This document shows, in pieces, positions 36,798 to 49,443 of a DNA stretch of 64,000 nt. The number at the start of each line of letters is the position of its first letter. Positions within the stretch are counted from its first letter, which is position 1. Source of the stretch: Vezdaea acicularis (Eukaryota); assembly GCA_026025075.1 (NCBI GenBank), contig JAPEUI010000019.1:62001-126000 (forward strand). Reading direction: 5' to 3'. A program made the position numbers and the translations under genes. Under the pieces are notes generated by a model. The model worked only from the letters and a program-made list of their open reading frames with translations. It ran no database searches and was not told the DNA's origin.

Positions 36798-37196
36798 GCT
36801 TCACTAACACTCAAACGGCTATGGTTTGAAGTGGGGTAGATAAATAGCAAACGAGGCTAAATCCACAGAGAAGGTGTCAGCTCAAAAGACAGATTGAACA
36901 AAATTCTTTGAAGAACTGAGAGGCGTCAGTGAAGGTTCGATGGAGGCAGGAGTCACGTTGCATGATGGAGTAGACATACTTTGCCTTCTTCGCAATATCA
37001 TCACTTCGGCATAAAGGCCTGTCTAATACTGCGGATCTACCCGTCGCTAGTAATTAGCGTCAAATGACATAATCTAGACCGACCCCTAGGAAGTTGTCCC
37101 AAGTGCCCTCTCAACTGTTTTTGCCCTCCTGTGCTAGGCAACATAGCTATTTCTCGTAATGAGCAACTTTAGAATGTTCCCTATTGCATTGAAATA

Positions 37197-39041
37197 TCAA
37201 ATTATGTCTAGGTCGCACACTTCTTCCAGTGTCCCAAATACCCTTAGTTTATTGCCATAAATGTCCCAGAACTCGCTTTTAAACGGCGGGATGAAAGTCA
37301 TCGACTTATCCCTCTTGATATCGCCAGGCATTCGGTGCGCACCTCCATCTTCGCTAGCACGCCTCATCAGGATGTCGAATCGCCCCGCTTTGAGATTGAG
37401 AGGGACACCTCCATCTTCAGAATCTTCGTCCTCATCATCCGATTGGCTCGTTTTGTTAACTTCAGTTGCTGAGTCAAGTTCGAGGTCCAGCTTTGCGGAG
37501 AGGCGTACCATCACACGTGCTGTAACGAAGCTATCATAGCCAGCTTCATGAGCCGCGACTTGCGCGACGTATTTGGGGTGATCAGGATGTGACAGAAGCC
37601 GAGGAGTGAGCTGCTTGCGGAGTAGATGGTCGATTTCCTCGAGGGAGGAGCTGATATTGATACTCTTGATAGGGTGCGTAGCAAGATACTTTGTATCCAC
37701 GACCATTGGGAAGAGACCGTGAATAGCTCGTTGAAAATCCTCTACTAGTTCCGGCAGCTGCCCAAAGAATGTCTGGTATATGTTGACAAGGTCCGTGAAG
37801 ACGTTGTGTCCGACAAGAACAGTACGGCGTTTCTTGATTTTTGTTTTCAATTCATTGAATTCCGAAGTTAGTTTTCTCAGGTCAACAAAGACTGGCTCTC
37901 CTACTGGACCTATCGCGAATGTCATGGGATCAATGCCAGAGAGATCACCACCAGCCATTGCTTCAAAAAGCCATCTTAGGCCCGTTTGTCGTGCAATTCT
38001 TTCATCAGCTTCTCGGATTCTCGAGTTGCGAATGCCAGCCTCACGCTTTTCTTCGTAGGGAATGATTTCTATGCTGTGAGACCTAGAGATTGTGACATAA
38101 CCGGGATATTCGCTCCGAACCAACTGATGAACAAGTCGTTTTTGGAGATTGGTCAAGCCTTGAGGCTGCTCAGTTTTGTTAACTGCTTCAATAGCCAGTT
38201 TCTCTCGCTCTTTCTAATTTGAGTAATTTAGTAACCTTATGATACGACTTGGTAGAGAAAGCAGATTTCAGTATAGCGTTTGAGCTTTGCAGACAGTTGA
38301 ACCGAGATATGCTAAAAGAGGCTTCTGTGCGCGAAGTAATTTGGGAAGCCTCAAAGTGTTGCGGAAAAGAATAGGATATAGCACTCACTTCAGCTAGTTT
38401 TAGCCATGCCTCTATACTCTTCCGGACCGCGTCAACAAACTCGATAACCCCGGCACCTTCTTTCGCAAAATCTATATCGGCCCTGTCGACTCTGTTTGCC
38501 CGCTCTAGAGCTCTTTGCCTTGCGCCTACTTCTTCTACTCTGGATAGATATGGGACTCCTAGCCAAAACGGTGCATCGATTTCAAATCCGGTACGGAGGA
38601 GAAAGTCAATAGCTAGAGAACTGAGCCCAGCTTATGAACGTGGGAAGAAATTACTCACCACTACTCTGCATGGAGAAGTCTCTGTCGACCTTCAAATATC
38701 GCTCTTCTACAACGGGGTTCAGGTGGAAATTGTAAGGCTTGGCCACATATTCCCCTACAGAAGTCAGTTAGGGCCAATTGAAATCGGACGAGGCCAGCAC
38801 TCTTCGATCTATCTTCCATGACGCAGGTCAGGCCTACTTGTAAGATCTGATACCTTTCCGCTGCCGATTTAGTCTCTGCATAGCGTTCTTGGAGCGTCTG
38901 TTTGACATCTTTCGCTTTATTGTAATTTTGCTGCCTGGCAATGCCCGTGAATTCAAGGTCTATCGCGACAAAATGAGCCCTGGAGATGTCTTCTAGCATA
39001 GATCGCAGGTGAAGGTGAAAAGTATGGCGAGTGATGTCCAT
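37197..39041 (-). CDS. CAF1/PARN family poly(A)-specific ribonuclease
   Basis: AIDLEFTG, ILQVGL, LVGHN...DL, VDTKYLA and HEAGYDS (DEDD motifs). An in-frame upstream ATG also exists at 39140. Confidence 0.9.
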
Positions 39042-39566
39042 AGCTATTTCTCGTCTAAAGGGGAAAGGCAAAGGGTGAGAAAGAGATGAAAGAACTTTAG
39101 AATATGCTGCACTTTGGATGCATGCATGCGGAACGGGCATTCATGAGGTTGGCAGCAAAACAAGAGACTGTTTTGGTGAAAATTTAGACGTTTCTTTGGC
39201 ACGGCCTACGTAAGGCTGCGTTGCGCTGCGCAACGTAGAGACAGCCTGCGCATCCACCCGGACAAGGGAAGGAGTAATCATGAAGGTTGACGTTAGGCCA
39301 AAAAGCTACATAACGTTCAAAGTCATGATCGACATTGTAACACTCGCTGTTCATTTGAAGTTTCAATGACCTCGAAGGCTTATATACAGACGACAAGGTA
39401 AATGGATCGCGGAATCGCTCCGCCCGCAAATACACCTCGGTTCAAATTTCGAGCCACCTTGCCGACATCATTCTCCCGCCTCTAGAGTCTAGACATTGCA
39501 TGATCCCCTTAACTATCTTTCACTCATTCCTATACATGTGGCTCCGTAACTGGGCTTAAAGGCTCT

Positions 39567-40978
39567 ATGGCGACCACAGAGGTACTTCAGCAACGCAATA
39601 ATGTCCTCTCGTCCTCAATTTCGTCGTCGTCTTCCAGCAGGCAAGGATCCGGGACTTCGCATATGTCAAGGATATACAAGCAAGCTTCATCACTTTTCTT
39701 GACCCGGCGATTAGAAGAGGCTCTCACAACTCTTGAAACATTGATCAGTCCTACTAACCTTGAAACGGAGGACGCCGACGAAAGGTCGGATTCTGCGCTT
39801 GTGACGTCTTCGTCTAGGGGTACTAGGATTAAAGTCTGGAGCCTCTACCTAACCCTCCTGGATGCAATCATAGATCTGGGACCTGATGAAGGGAAGGCTA
39901 CTTTTGGATCTACCCGGTGGAAGGCTATGGTGGCAAGCGCACAAAATGGGACTGTTTGGGATATGATCATCCGTCAAGGATATCGAGGGTTAGAAGGAGA
40001 AGTAGATGCTGATGTCGTGATCAACTTGTGAACCCCCCTATAGTTACCATTCACAGATGGGTTCTAAATGCATCATGTAGGGCTACGCTATTACTTTCGC
40101 ACGCCTCGTCCCAAAGAAACAACCAAGAACGCCTCGAAAGATACCTCTCAGCTTCTTCGACACCAAATTTGGACGTTGCTAATAGACTCCGAGATCATAA
40201 TGAAGAATCTTCCCCATGGAAACGTACTCGTCGCAACGACAATACAGGAACAAACACTCCCCATGATCTCAACTCCCAACTCAAGCTCCTTGAACTTTAT
40301 ACGCTACACATTCTTCCTCGTAACGATGAATGGGAGTATTCCCGTGAATTTATTAATCTGAGCGAGTACCTAGATGAGGAGCGTCGCGAAGCATTCCTGA
40401 ATGCTCTGCAGTCCTTACAAGAGGAGAAGAGTCGAGCAGAGGAGCTGGCGGCCCGGGCCAACATGGAAAAGGAGCGTCAGTCAGAACAGAAGCGCGCAGA
40501 GGCCCGACGGCAGGCGGAAGTAATTGTATTTGAGAAGGCCCAGAATATAGCGCAGAGTGAGTCAGTATCCCAAAAAAGATCGAGTAGCGAGAAGGGTTAT
40601 GGTATAGAGTCATTGTCTCCAAACCGCACAACGACTAGAACATCGAGCAAAAGCGCAATGAGAAAGCCTGTGAAGGCTAACGGGGGCGGCAAAAATCCCA
40701 CGCCACAGTATTCGCGTGGAGAGCACGCCACCGGGTCAATGACCATGGCTGAAAGAATACATTTGTTTTTCGCTGTGGCCCGTAAGACAATTATGAGGAC
40801 GGGGCAGTTGCTTTCCACTGATCCGATGGCACTTATTAGGACTATACTTCTGTTAATCGCTATTATAACCACTTTAAGCAGACGAGATATCCGAGAGCGG
40901 GTTCGTAGGGTAGCAGGAGTCGGATGGGATAAAGTACGGAGTACGGTCGGAATGGGTGTTAAAGTGAGCTATATATAA
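39567..40978 (+). CDS. PEX26: Peroxin 26-like tail-anchored protein
   Basis: YKQASSLFLTRRL, RIKVWSLY, LELYTLHILP, a C-terminal hydrophobic segment and the VGMGVKVSYI end; intron 40028-40080. Confidence 0.75.
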
Positions 40979-41169
40979 TGAGTAGTGTATCAATATCGCC
41001 TCAAAGGTCTCATACTTGCACGATCTGTGACACTTGGCTTTAATGCTTTTGCTGTTCAGTCCTGAAGATCATGCCCTGCTTCTGCATGGCTTCCCATCCT
41101 CAAGGCCCAAAACAACATGTCGTTTGATCCTTAAGGCGAATTGCTAATGCCACACCACTTGTGCCGTGC

Positions 41170-41550
41170 TCAGTGATTCCTGAAATTTTTCTTTTGGTAG
41201 AACAAGTCGGTTCGCGAGCTTCCCAGATTGATGATTTTTGGACAGCCGTCTCTATCCTTCTCCAATCTTGTGCATTCGAAGCAGTAAAACGCATCTGAGA
41301 TTCCCTCCCCACCGCACACCACGCACTTGTTTTGGTAGTTGCCAAATGAGCATTCATCGCAAATGCGGACTAGAGTCGTCGGCCGGACGTAACTATCACA
41401 GACTGGGCACTTCCCATCGCACTTGTCGCAGAGGCGTCCGATGGCTATGCCTGGCTGCTTCCTGCACATGACAAGATCGCTGTGTTTTGGGATTAGCAAA
41501 GTTAGGACTTGGAGGTGGCGGAAGGAAACTCACGGGTGATGTCGAGACAT
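41170..41550 (-). CDS. RDS3: SF3b splicing factor PHF5A/Rds3/Ini1
   Basis: [39 protein letters not shown]...[12 protein letters not shown]. Confidence 0.97.
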
Positions 41551-41842
41551 GTTGCTATATGAACGAGACCTCCCAGCAGTCTAGATATGGCTTTTAGAGG
41601 ATTTGATTGAATATTGGATTGACGCACAACGACTAAGAGCAGAATTATTTGTGGCAAAGGTGAGCTTTTAACGTCAGCATAAAGTTTGCGGAAAGCTCTC
41701 GAAGGGTTCGGTAAGCTGGCTGAAAATCGATTAGCGTCACGTATTCCTATTCGTCAAAATGGTTTCCTGCCGACCAGTATTGAAACTTTCTCGACAGCCC
41801 TATTTCGGGGGAGCTCGTAGCTTCATCTTCTGCGCCCACTAG

Positions 41843-42866
41843 ATGGCTGAAAGGCAGATGTGAGTAAACGTAATGAAATATATGTAATATTCTAATGTCC
41901 CGCAGTGCAGTCGCCTCCGCGGTCGTTGTTCCGGAAGCTGCAGCTTCAAGGTCTCCTACAAACAGCTCCGCAAAGCGGCGCGGGTCCTCTGCAACCCCAG
42001 ATCCTTACACAAAGCGTGTACGATTGACCACCACTAGTGAGAATGAACAGAATAAGTCTACGACAGATCGGCGTCTAGGACGGCGAACGAGTGGACAGGG
42101 AGAAGTGGAAGAGCGCAAGCGGGGCCAGAGGTTATTCGGAAACCTTCTTGGCACACTTTCACAGAGCTCATCTTCGACAGCGCAGAAGCGGCGGGCCGAT
42201 ATCGAAAAGAAGCAACAGGTCAAGCTAAAGCAGCAGACCGAGGAATATGACGAAAAGAAGAAGGCACAGCTCGAGGAGCTTAGGAAGATTAGGTTGAAGG
42301 AGCAGGTGAAATACGATGAGCAGTCGGTATGTGAGCTTGGGCTGGTAAGCTCTGCAGGTCAGACATTGACATGATCAGATGCGAACTCGGCACTCGAACC
42401 TTCTAGCAATGTCTCACTTCATGCAAACGAGGACGGAACCACAGTTGGTATGTCATTATTTCCATGAATACCCCATTTGTTGTTAATTTAGTACTAGTAT
42501 TATAAACCTTGGGAGGTGACACCCGAAGATGAAACAAGGATTGAACTCCAAAAGAAAGAGGCAGAGTCTATAATAGAGAGAGAGACCGAGGAGTTTGAAC
42601 AGCGACGTAAAGGACAGAAAAAGCAAACCTCAGAGAATACCTCCGACGATCCAGATATAGTTCCTGAGAAAGCTAATGGGACCGATCAAGAGAAGAAAGA
42701 ATCCAACCAAGAGAGTTCAAAGGCTGTTTTAGTTGAAGCTCTCCCTCTAAGTATAGCAAAGAAAGACTCGCAGCCGCCCATTGGCCCCACGCAAGATGTT
42801 GTAACAGATAACGATGATGGTGGAGACGTCATGCTGGAAGCGGATGAGGACACCGTAATTTACTAG
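41843..42866 (+). CDS. Pinin/SDK/MemA domain protein
   Basis: EERKRGQRLFGNLLGTL, T.TEPQL/YYKPW and the EDTVIY end; three introns. Confidence 0.85.
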
Positions 42867-43669
42867 AAATTTCGATGCGGCTAAGGTGAAGGTGTGAGTA
42901 GTGTTTTTGCCAACAAAGCGACTCAAATAAGAACACCAGTCTTGCTCTAGCATGGTCTGGTGTGCCTAGGCTGGTAACTGCATTAACGTAGACTCCATGC
43001 AGTAACACTGAGGATATATTGTCTACACACTTGCTCCAATACAAATTCTAATGCAATGAAACATGGCCTACCAAGGACGTGAATGCTAGGATTCTTAATA
43101 ATCCCTCAATTTCGCAGTCAGATTGACACATCAACCAACTCATCCAAAGTTTTCATCACATTGATGAATGAGGACGCACACCCAAATATGTGGGAATTGA
43201 ATCATACTCCATCACTGGGTTAAGATATGGTTGAAGATATTGCTTATCAATGCAGTTCAAGAATGATCAGCAGGCGCAGCTTTTGTAGCTTGATTCTTTG
43301 ACACAACCCCGCTTAATCAAGGGGGGGCCACTTCGCCATCTTAAGAGGCTTTCTCTACTTTATGCAGGATCAAACGGTAGCATATCACAAGGTGACGCAA
43401 TACTCCCATGAATTTTGAATTGGTTCAAATGTGCATCTTCTGACAAGGTTTCGTGCATTTCAAGCTTCTGAAAAAATCGAATGCCTTTGTTTCGATTCTC
43501 TTTTTGAACTAACTTGTACCCAGTGAAAAGTCAGCTTAAGTAAAATCCCAATACATTCCCGGCGCAGAGCAAAACCCAAATGAAATTACAAACCCTTATT
43601 CCTTCCAATCCTGGAAGACAAAGCCCATTCTCTAAATTATGACCATTCGTACATAGTAAAATGCTAAGT

Positions 43670-44665
43670 CTATTTTTTCGCATTCAAGACATCACCCTCG
43701 ATCTTCTGGCTCTTCGATGGCCGCCGTTGCTCTTGGTTATCCTTATCACTATCGTCAAATGCATGCTTACTCGCTGCGAGAAGCTGATCTTCTAGAGATG
43801 CTGTTTCGCGAGCGCGGCTTGTTCGTCCTCGATCCTGAGCACCCGCACTCCCACTAAAACGTCCTGGATCACGCCGCAAAGAAGGCCCAGAAGGCGCCGA
43901 CAGAGGCTTAGTTCTTGAATTAATATTCAGCCCACTAGACAATAATTGCCGCTTATCAACAACCTGCCCCTCATCGTTAAGCGCCACATTAGCCCCTTTA
44001 GCATTCAATTCCTTCGCGATTTCCGCTTCAGTCTTTCCCTTTGGAACCTCTTCTTCCGCAGCCGGGCCTTTCTCCTTCGCCTCCTCGGCCGCCTTGACAG
44101 CCTCTTCGTGTCTTTTCTCGTCTCTCTCCAAGACATTTTTGTAGAAGCCTTGCATACCGCCCCTTTTTTTCCTGCGCGCTTCTTCTTCCTCCCTTAACCG
44201 CTCCTCCTCTTCCGCCTTCGCCATCTCAGCCTGTTGCCTTTTGTACGCGGCCGTGACAAATTTCTCTTTATCGGCATATAGATCACCCTCAGCCTCACGC
44301 TCGCGCGCAAGCATCTTCTCCTTTGCGCGTAGTTGGTCCCGCTTGCGGACTTCGGCGGCGGCAAGTAGGTTGGTCATATACTTTGGTCTGCGATCTTTGG
44401 TGGGAGGAGAGCGTGATCGAGCAGCATTCTGAGAAACATGGAAGGCATCGTAGTCATAAATGCTGGGGTCGAGGGCTGTGGCTTCGTTGTCGTGCTTTTT
44501 GGTGGATAGAGAGGTCGAGAGGGAGCCGTACATGACCGACGTAGACTTTTCTTCGTCCGGCTCGGAGTCATCGTCTTCGCCGAAGATTGGTTTCCGTCTT
44601 GCTGGGGACGGTTTGCTATTGGCGGCTTTCTTGGTAATGTTGAGGCCGTAAGTGAGGCCGGACAT
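43670..44665 (-). CDS. Nuclear speckle splicing regulator NSRP1/CCDC55-like (DUF2040) coiled-coil protein
   Basis: GLTYGLN, DPSIYDYD, PKYMTNLL and KEKFVTAAYK motifs. Confidence 0.82.
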   Translation of the reverse strand: MSGLTYGLNITKKAANSKPSPARRKPIFGEDDDSEPDEEKSTSVMYGSLSTSLSTKKHDNEATALDPSIYDYDAFHVSQNAARSRSPPTKDRRPKYMTNLLAAAEVRKRDQLRAKEKMLAREREAEGDLYADKEKFVTAAYKRQQAEMAKAEEEERLREEEEARRKKRGGMQGFYKNVLERDEKRHEEAVKAAEEAKEKGPAAEEEVPKGKTEAEIAKELNAKGANVALNDEGQVVDKRQLLSSGLNINSRTKPLSAPSGPSLRRDPGRFSGSAGAQDRGRTSRARETASLEDQLLAASKHAFDDSDKDNQEQRRPSKSQKIEGDVLNAKK

Positions 44666-45025
44666 TTTGACCTAGTATTTGGACAGTTCGGCCTTACGTT
44701 ATTTCGTTGGGCTCTGATACCAAGACCAAGGTGACCTTTAGAGACTACACGGGATACGGCAGCGACATTTGGCTGAGCAATATTGACATTTTTTGGGTTT
44801 AAAATGTGAACTAGCTCGGTCTGAAACACTTCACAAGTGCATTACCGTTTAAGACTTGTCGATTTGAGGTAAGGTTGAACATCTCAAGCAACAAAGCAAC
44901 AAGCAAGCGAAACCACACGAGCACCCCAGTCTAAGCCATAACGTCGATCACCAATCACCGCCTGCCATAAGGCGTCCACAATCTTTAACTCTTGAACGTA
45001 TCAGATACTCATCACTATTTGGATA

Positions 45026-45934
45026 ATGTCTTCTGCTTCGACGTCAAAATTCCGCTTAAAGCGAAAAAGACGGAAAGAGGAAGGCGAAAGCTCAACCAGA
45101 CGACACCGAAGTAAGAGGCGTGACACTTCACGACCTGTAGATGAACCAAGTTCTTATGACGATACATACCTACCAAACTCAAGATCTTCGAACTACATAG
45201 ACCCCGATGCTGCATTTCGTGAGTCACTATTCGATGCTCTAGCAGATGACGAGGGAGCAGCCTATTGGGAGGGTGTTTACGGCCAACCTATTCACACTTA
45301 TCCATTTGAGAGAACGGGACCAGACGGCGAACTCGAGAGAATGACGGACGAGGAGTATGCAGCCTTTGTACGAGCGCGTATGTACGAAAAAACACACCAG
45401 CACGCCATTGAAGAACGAGCACGACGAGAAGACGCACGACAACGAGAGAAACTGCTCCGAGAAGAGGGTAGGAAAGCAGAGAAGGAGGGGAGGATGTTTG
45501 AGAGGATAATTGATGAGCGCTTGAGGAGCGGACAGGATAGGATGAGGAAAAAGGAGCTTGCATCGGCATGGGAAGATTACAACCGGAAATGGGAGAGGTT
45601 GAATTCTGGAAAGTTTAAGAGCGAGGGAACTTCGGAGAGTATGCCAGGGATATCTGTAAAGGATCAAATACCATGGCCAGTTCAAGGTGGAATGTTCTCA
45701 GATGTTCGACGCAAAGCAATCGAGGATTTCTTCAAAACATCGCCATTTGCGACCGGCAAGACTGACCCTACAACTACTCTACAAATTATTTTAAAAGCCG
45801 AACGAGTTCGATGGCACCCCGACAAGATGCAGCAGAAGCTCGGCATTCAAGGCATCGATGATCCTACCATGAAAGCTGTCACAGCAGTCTTTCAAGTGAT
45901 AGACTGCATGTGGACAGACTCCAAAGCGGGCTGA
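45026..45934 (+). CDS. Conserved fungal protein with an NFKBIL1-like C-terminal J-like motif
   Basis: AAFRESLFDALADDEGA, MTDEEY, IPWP and LKAERVRWHPDK; single 302-aa ORF. Confidence 0.75.
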   Translation: MSSASTSKFRLKRKRRKEEGESSTRRHRSKRRDTSRPVDEPSSYDDTYLPNSRSSNYIDPDAAFRESLFDALADDEGAAYWEGVYGQPIHTYPFERTGPDGELERMTDEEYAAFVRARMYEKTHQHAIEERARREDARQREKLLREEGRKAEKEGRMFERIIDERLRSGQDRMRKKELASAWEDYNRKWERLNSGKFKSEGTSESMPGISVKDQIPWPVQGGMFSDVRRKAIEDFFKTSPFATGKTDPTTTLQIILKAERVRWHPDKMQQKLGIQGIDDPTMKAVTAVFQVIDCMWTDSKAG

Positions 45935-46219
45935 AGACTTCACAAAGTCACCTTTTTGGCGACAATTGAGGGTTCTTTGTTCAGGCGAATACATACTTCG
46001 TCCGTGATTGAGATACTGGCGCTCCTCATCGAGTGCTTTCCACAAGCGGGCACAGGATTTTTTGTGGGTGATCGTGCTTGCCTCATGGGGCTATCATCTG
46101 CACCTTGAAGCACGCGCGAAGAATGTGGGTCCCTTGCGTTGAGCCCACGTCAACAACAGAACTTAAGGGAAACCAACTCGTTTGACGTGCATCTAAACCC
46201 ATTTTCTTAACCACACTCA

Positions 46220-47515
46220 ATGGCAATGGCTTCTAATCACCGTTGCCAGCGAGTCGGGCTATTTCTTGTGGTCCTGACTCTCGTTTCCATGCTCTTCTGG
46301 AGGTTCAAAGAGGAGAGTCCAATATCATTCCTACATCGAGGCGCTTACCAGCATATAAGACTCAATACAAAGCACCCTGAAGATGTGGTTCTGATCATTA
46401 AGACTGGAGCCACAGAGGCTTTTAGGACCATGCCAATCCATTTTATCACGACGATTACACACACTCCGAACTTCCTTCTGTTTAGTGATGCTGAGCAGTA
46501 TATCGGCAAATACCTCCTTCGTGACTCTCTCATCCGGTACTCTAGAGAAGATAAGGAGGAGAGCAAGGATTTCCGGCTTTACCGAGAAGTCCAAGAGTTC
46601 CTCGAGTTGGGTCAGGACCCAAGCCATCTTGAGGGTGGCTGGGAGCTAGACAAATTCAAGAATCTCCAAATGTTAAAAATGTCGTGGGAACTGCGCCCTG
46701 ATGCCAAATGGTATGTCTTTATTGACGCCGATAGCTACATCTTTTGGGCAAATCTCCTCCGCTGGCTAGGAGAGCTCGATCACGAAAAGCCGATGTATAT
46801 TGGTTCTCCGGCTTATCTCAGCGACCAAGAATTTGCTCATGGGGGAACTGGATATATCATATCTCAAGGTGCAGTGCAACAGACTCTAGGGAGAGATCCA
46901 GACATTCCGTCCAAGTATACGGAAGACATACGCGGCAGCTGCTGTGGGGACCACATTCTAGGTAGGGCCATGGCAGATCACGGCGTCAAGCTCACGAAAT
47001 CATGGCCTCGGATGAACGGAGAGCCCCCATACAGCATTGAATTTAGGGAAGATCAATGGTGTTCTCCCATCATGACCTGTCACCACATGTCTGCGGTAGA
47101 AATCCAGGAGATGTGGAACTTCGAGAGGGTGAACGCTACCAAAGATGTCCGGCTTGTCTAGCTCCCTACTTTGCGATTCAATGCTAATATTCCTCCACAG
47201 AAATACATTCGCTATGAGGACCTTTACCAACATTTCGTTCACCCACATCTGCGCCCTTCCCGTGAAAACTGGGATAACCTGTCTGGTGATCCGCTGGGTC
47301 ATGACGTAGATTCATTTGATGCCTGCCGCGAAGCATGTGCCGACAAAGATGATTGCATGCAATACAAATTTGAGAGGAATAAATGCTGGCTGGATTCTTC
47401 TATCAGTCTCGGCCAAAAGGCAATCTTAGACGGTGACCAGAGGAGTGGGTGGAACCTCGAGCGAATTCAGACCTTCAGAGAAAGAATGAGTCCTTGTCGC
47501 CAAATTACTGGGTAA
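46220..47515 (+). CDS. Glycosyltransferase family 31 (type II membrane protein, Cys-rich C-terminal module)
   Basis: N-terminal TM segment, IKTGATE, WELDKFK, KWYVFIDADSY (DxD), FAHGG and CCGD; intron 47147-47200. Confidence 0.9.
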
Positions 47516-48741
47516 GATATATGGCTGATCTAAGGGACCTTTCGTAGATGGGCTTATAACTGATGTGGTGGGTACGCCTCGTCCTACGGCTTCTACAGGA
47601 ACATCCGTTCAAGACCGTATCATTATTTTTTGGGGCATATCCTCATCAATATTGATTTTTACCCTCTTTTCGTTCAACAGGAGGCAATTCCATCATCATT
47701 GTAATATATATTGGTGCAATGGACTCAAGGCCTGCGTGAATTTATGTGTCAAGTACTCAAGAATATCCCAAAATTCTTCATTTGGCGAACAAAGACGTAT
47801 AGCAGAGCTCATAATTTCTCACCAAAAACTTTGCTTCAAACTGACGGTACCATCATTCAAGTGCTCTACAGCTGATTGGTGAAGCTCGAGTTAAGACTCA
47901 AATTTTAAGAGTTCTCATCTCTAAGTTTCACTGAAGAGATCCTATGTCTGCCCAAGGCTGGTGAAGGAAAGAAGCATCTCATAGCTTTGTGTGACCGTGC
48001 AGTAAGAGTCGTACTCTACAGTAATACGGCATGAGCTAGGCTGTGGGGTTTGCACAGTCGCTGGAAGCCAGACGGTGGCGACTTGGAGAGAAAATGTCCC
48101 GGTACCCTGCCCACCAATTCTGCAGAGCAGCTTTCTGACCTGCGTCTTTGATACTTTTTGGGGATATGCGGTTCCCTAGGAAAGATGAAGTGCATTATCG
48201 TAGCTCAGGCGGCCATATGAATCTGGCTGTCTGTGCTGCATTTGTTTGAATCCCGGATTCTACCCACATTCATGGAGCTTGCACTAATTAACGTATTTTA
48301 GATTTTTTCCTTTAGGATGATGGAGAGCTGTCAAAGTCCACCAACTGTCGTCTTGATTTTGGGTCTCTTGTAGGGCCGAGGTCTCCTCCTCTGCTCATAT
48401 ACTTGAACGGGTCGCGTGAGATCAAAATCGCGCAACTGGTTCCGACGACCCGCTTCTTGAGGGCCTCCCAACATTTGAGGCATTTCGAGCGTATGCTAGA
48501 GGAAAGCATGCTGGTTTTACACTCGCGCCATTTTCTGATCTGATTGCACTCACAGCTTCCGTAGTCATGTTGTTAGATTCGACTTTACCTGGCCTGTGCT
48601 TAGAGAAATCTTCTCAAGAGGGGACCAGTTCAACTCTTATCTCTGTTAGAGACTCAATGCCTCTGATTTCTTAAGTTATCAACTCTTAAATTTCCATCTT
48701 TCATACTTGACCCTCCTGGATCGTTACCACCATATCTTAGA

Positions 48742-49443
48742 ATGCTGTCTTTCTACCTCTCACTCTCCATCCTCGCCCTTCCCCTTCTGATCTCCGCCCA
48801 ATCGGAAGTGCCAGTTTGTCCAGAACCATGGCTCCCGCAAAAAGGCTTCGAGATGAAAAACATTACGGCAGTAATACCTTCTTGGTCCGCGCAAAAAGAT
48901 GACCCGAAAAACATCACCGGCTACATAGCCTTCACTATCCATGATCTTGACGCATATGAAGTTAAGAACGCGTCGTGCAACGTCTCACTCACCGCAGAGC
49001 ATTTCGTCTGGTGGCCTGATGACCGGTCTCGTATACTTGTCCGGCTAGACTGGCTCGGCGCTTCTAGTTATACACCTTGTGACCCGCCGACATTCGGGTT
49101 CAAACTGCGGCAACCGCCATTCAGGGACCCCTATTCTCAGGCCTTTTATCTGTCTCATACGTAAGAAGCGCCACCTGTTCCTTTCTCAGTATTTGGAGCG
49201 GGAAGCTAACAAACTCCCCAAAGTGTCACGAATGAAACGATGACTGTCAACCGGACCTGCAATATGATCTTCAGCAACTGGCCTGGACGGTTGATGGTTG
49301 ACTATAGTCCAAGGCAAGCGTATAAGTATAACTATGCGCGTACGACACTTCCTGGCCAGGGTTATATGCGGTATATACATGAGCTTGACGTGCAGTCTGG
49401 GGTTACAATTAAGGGCGATGAGAATTATTGTCGGAAGCCATAG
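48742..49443 (+). CDS. Secreted hypothetical protein
   Basis: Signal peptide MLSFYLSLSILALPLLISA and several N-x-S/T sequons. Intron 49161-49223 (GTAAGA, GCTAAC, AAG) joins two ORFs in frame. Confidence 0.75.

Noticed and set aside
43115..43215. Box C/D snoRNA-like GTGATGA and CTGA on the minus strand
   Set aside because: The boxes are only about 40 nt apart, with no terminal stem and no rRNA complementarity I could recognise.
48280..48545. Branch and acceptor-like signal followed by a ~75-codon open frame
   Set aside because: No matching upstream exon and no recognisable protein motif.
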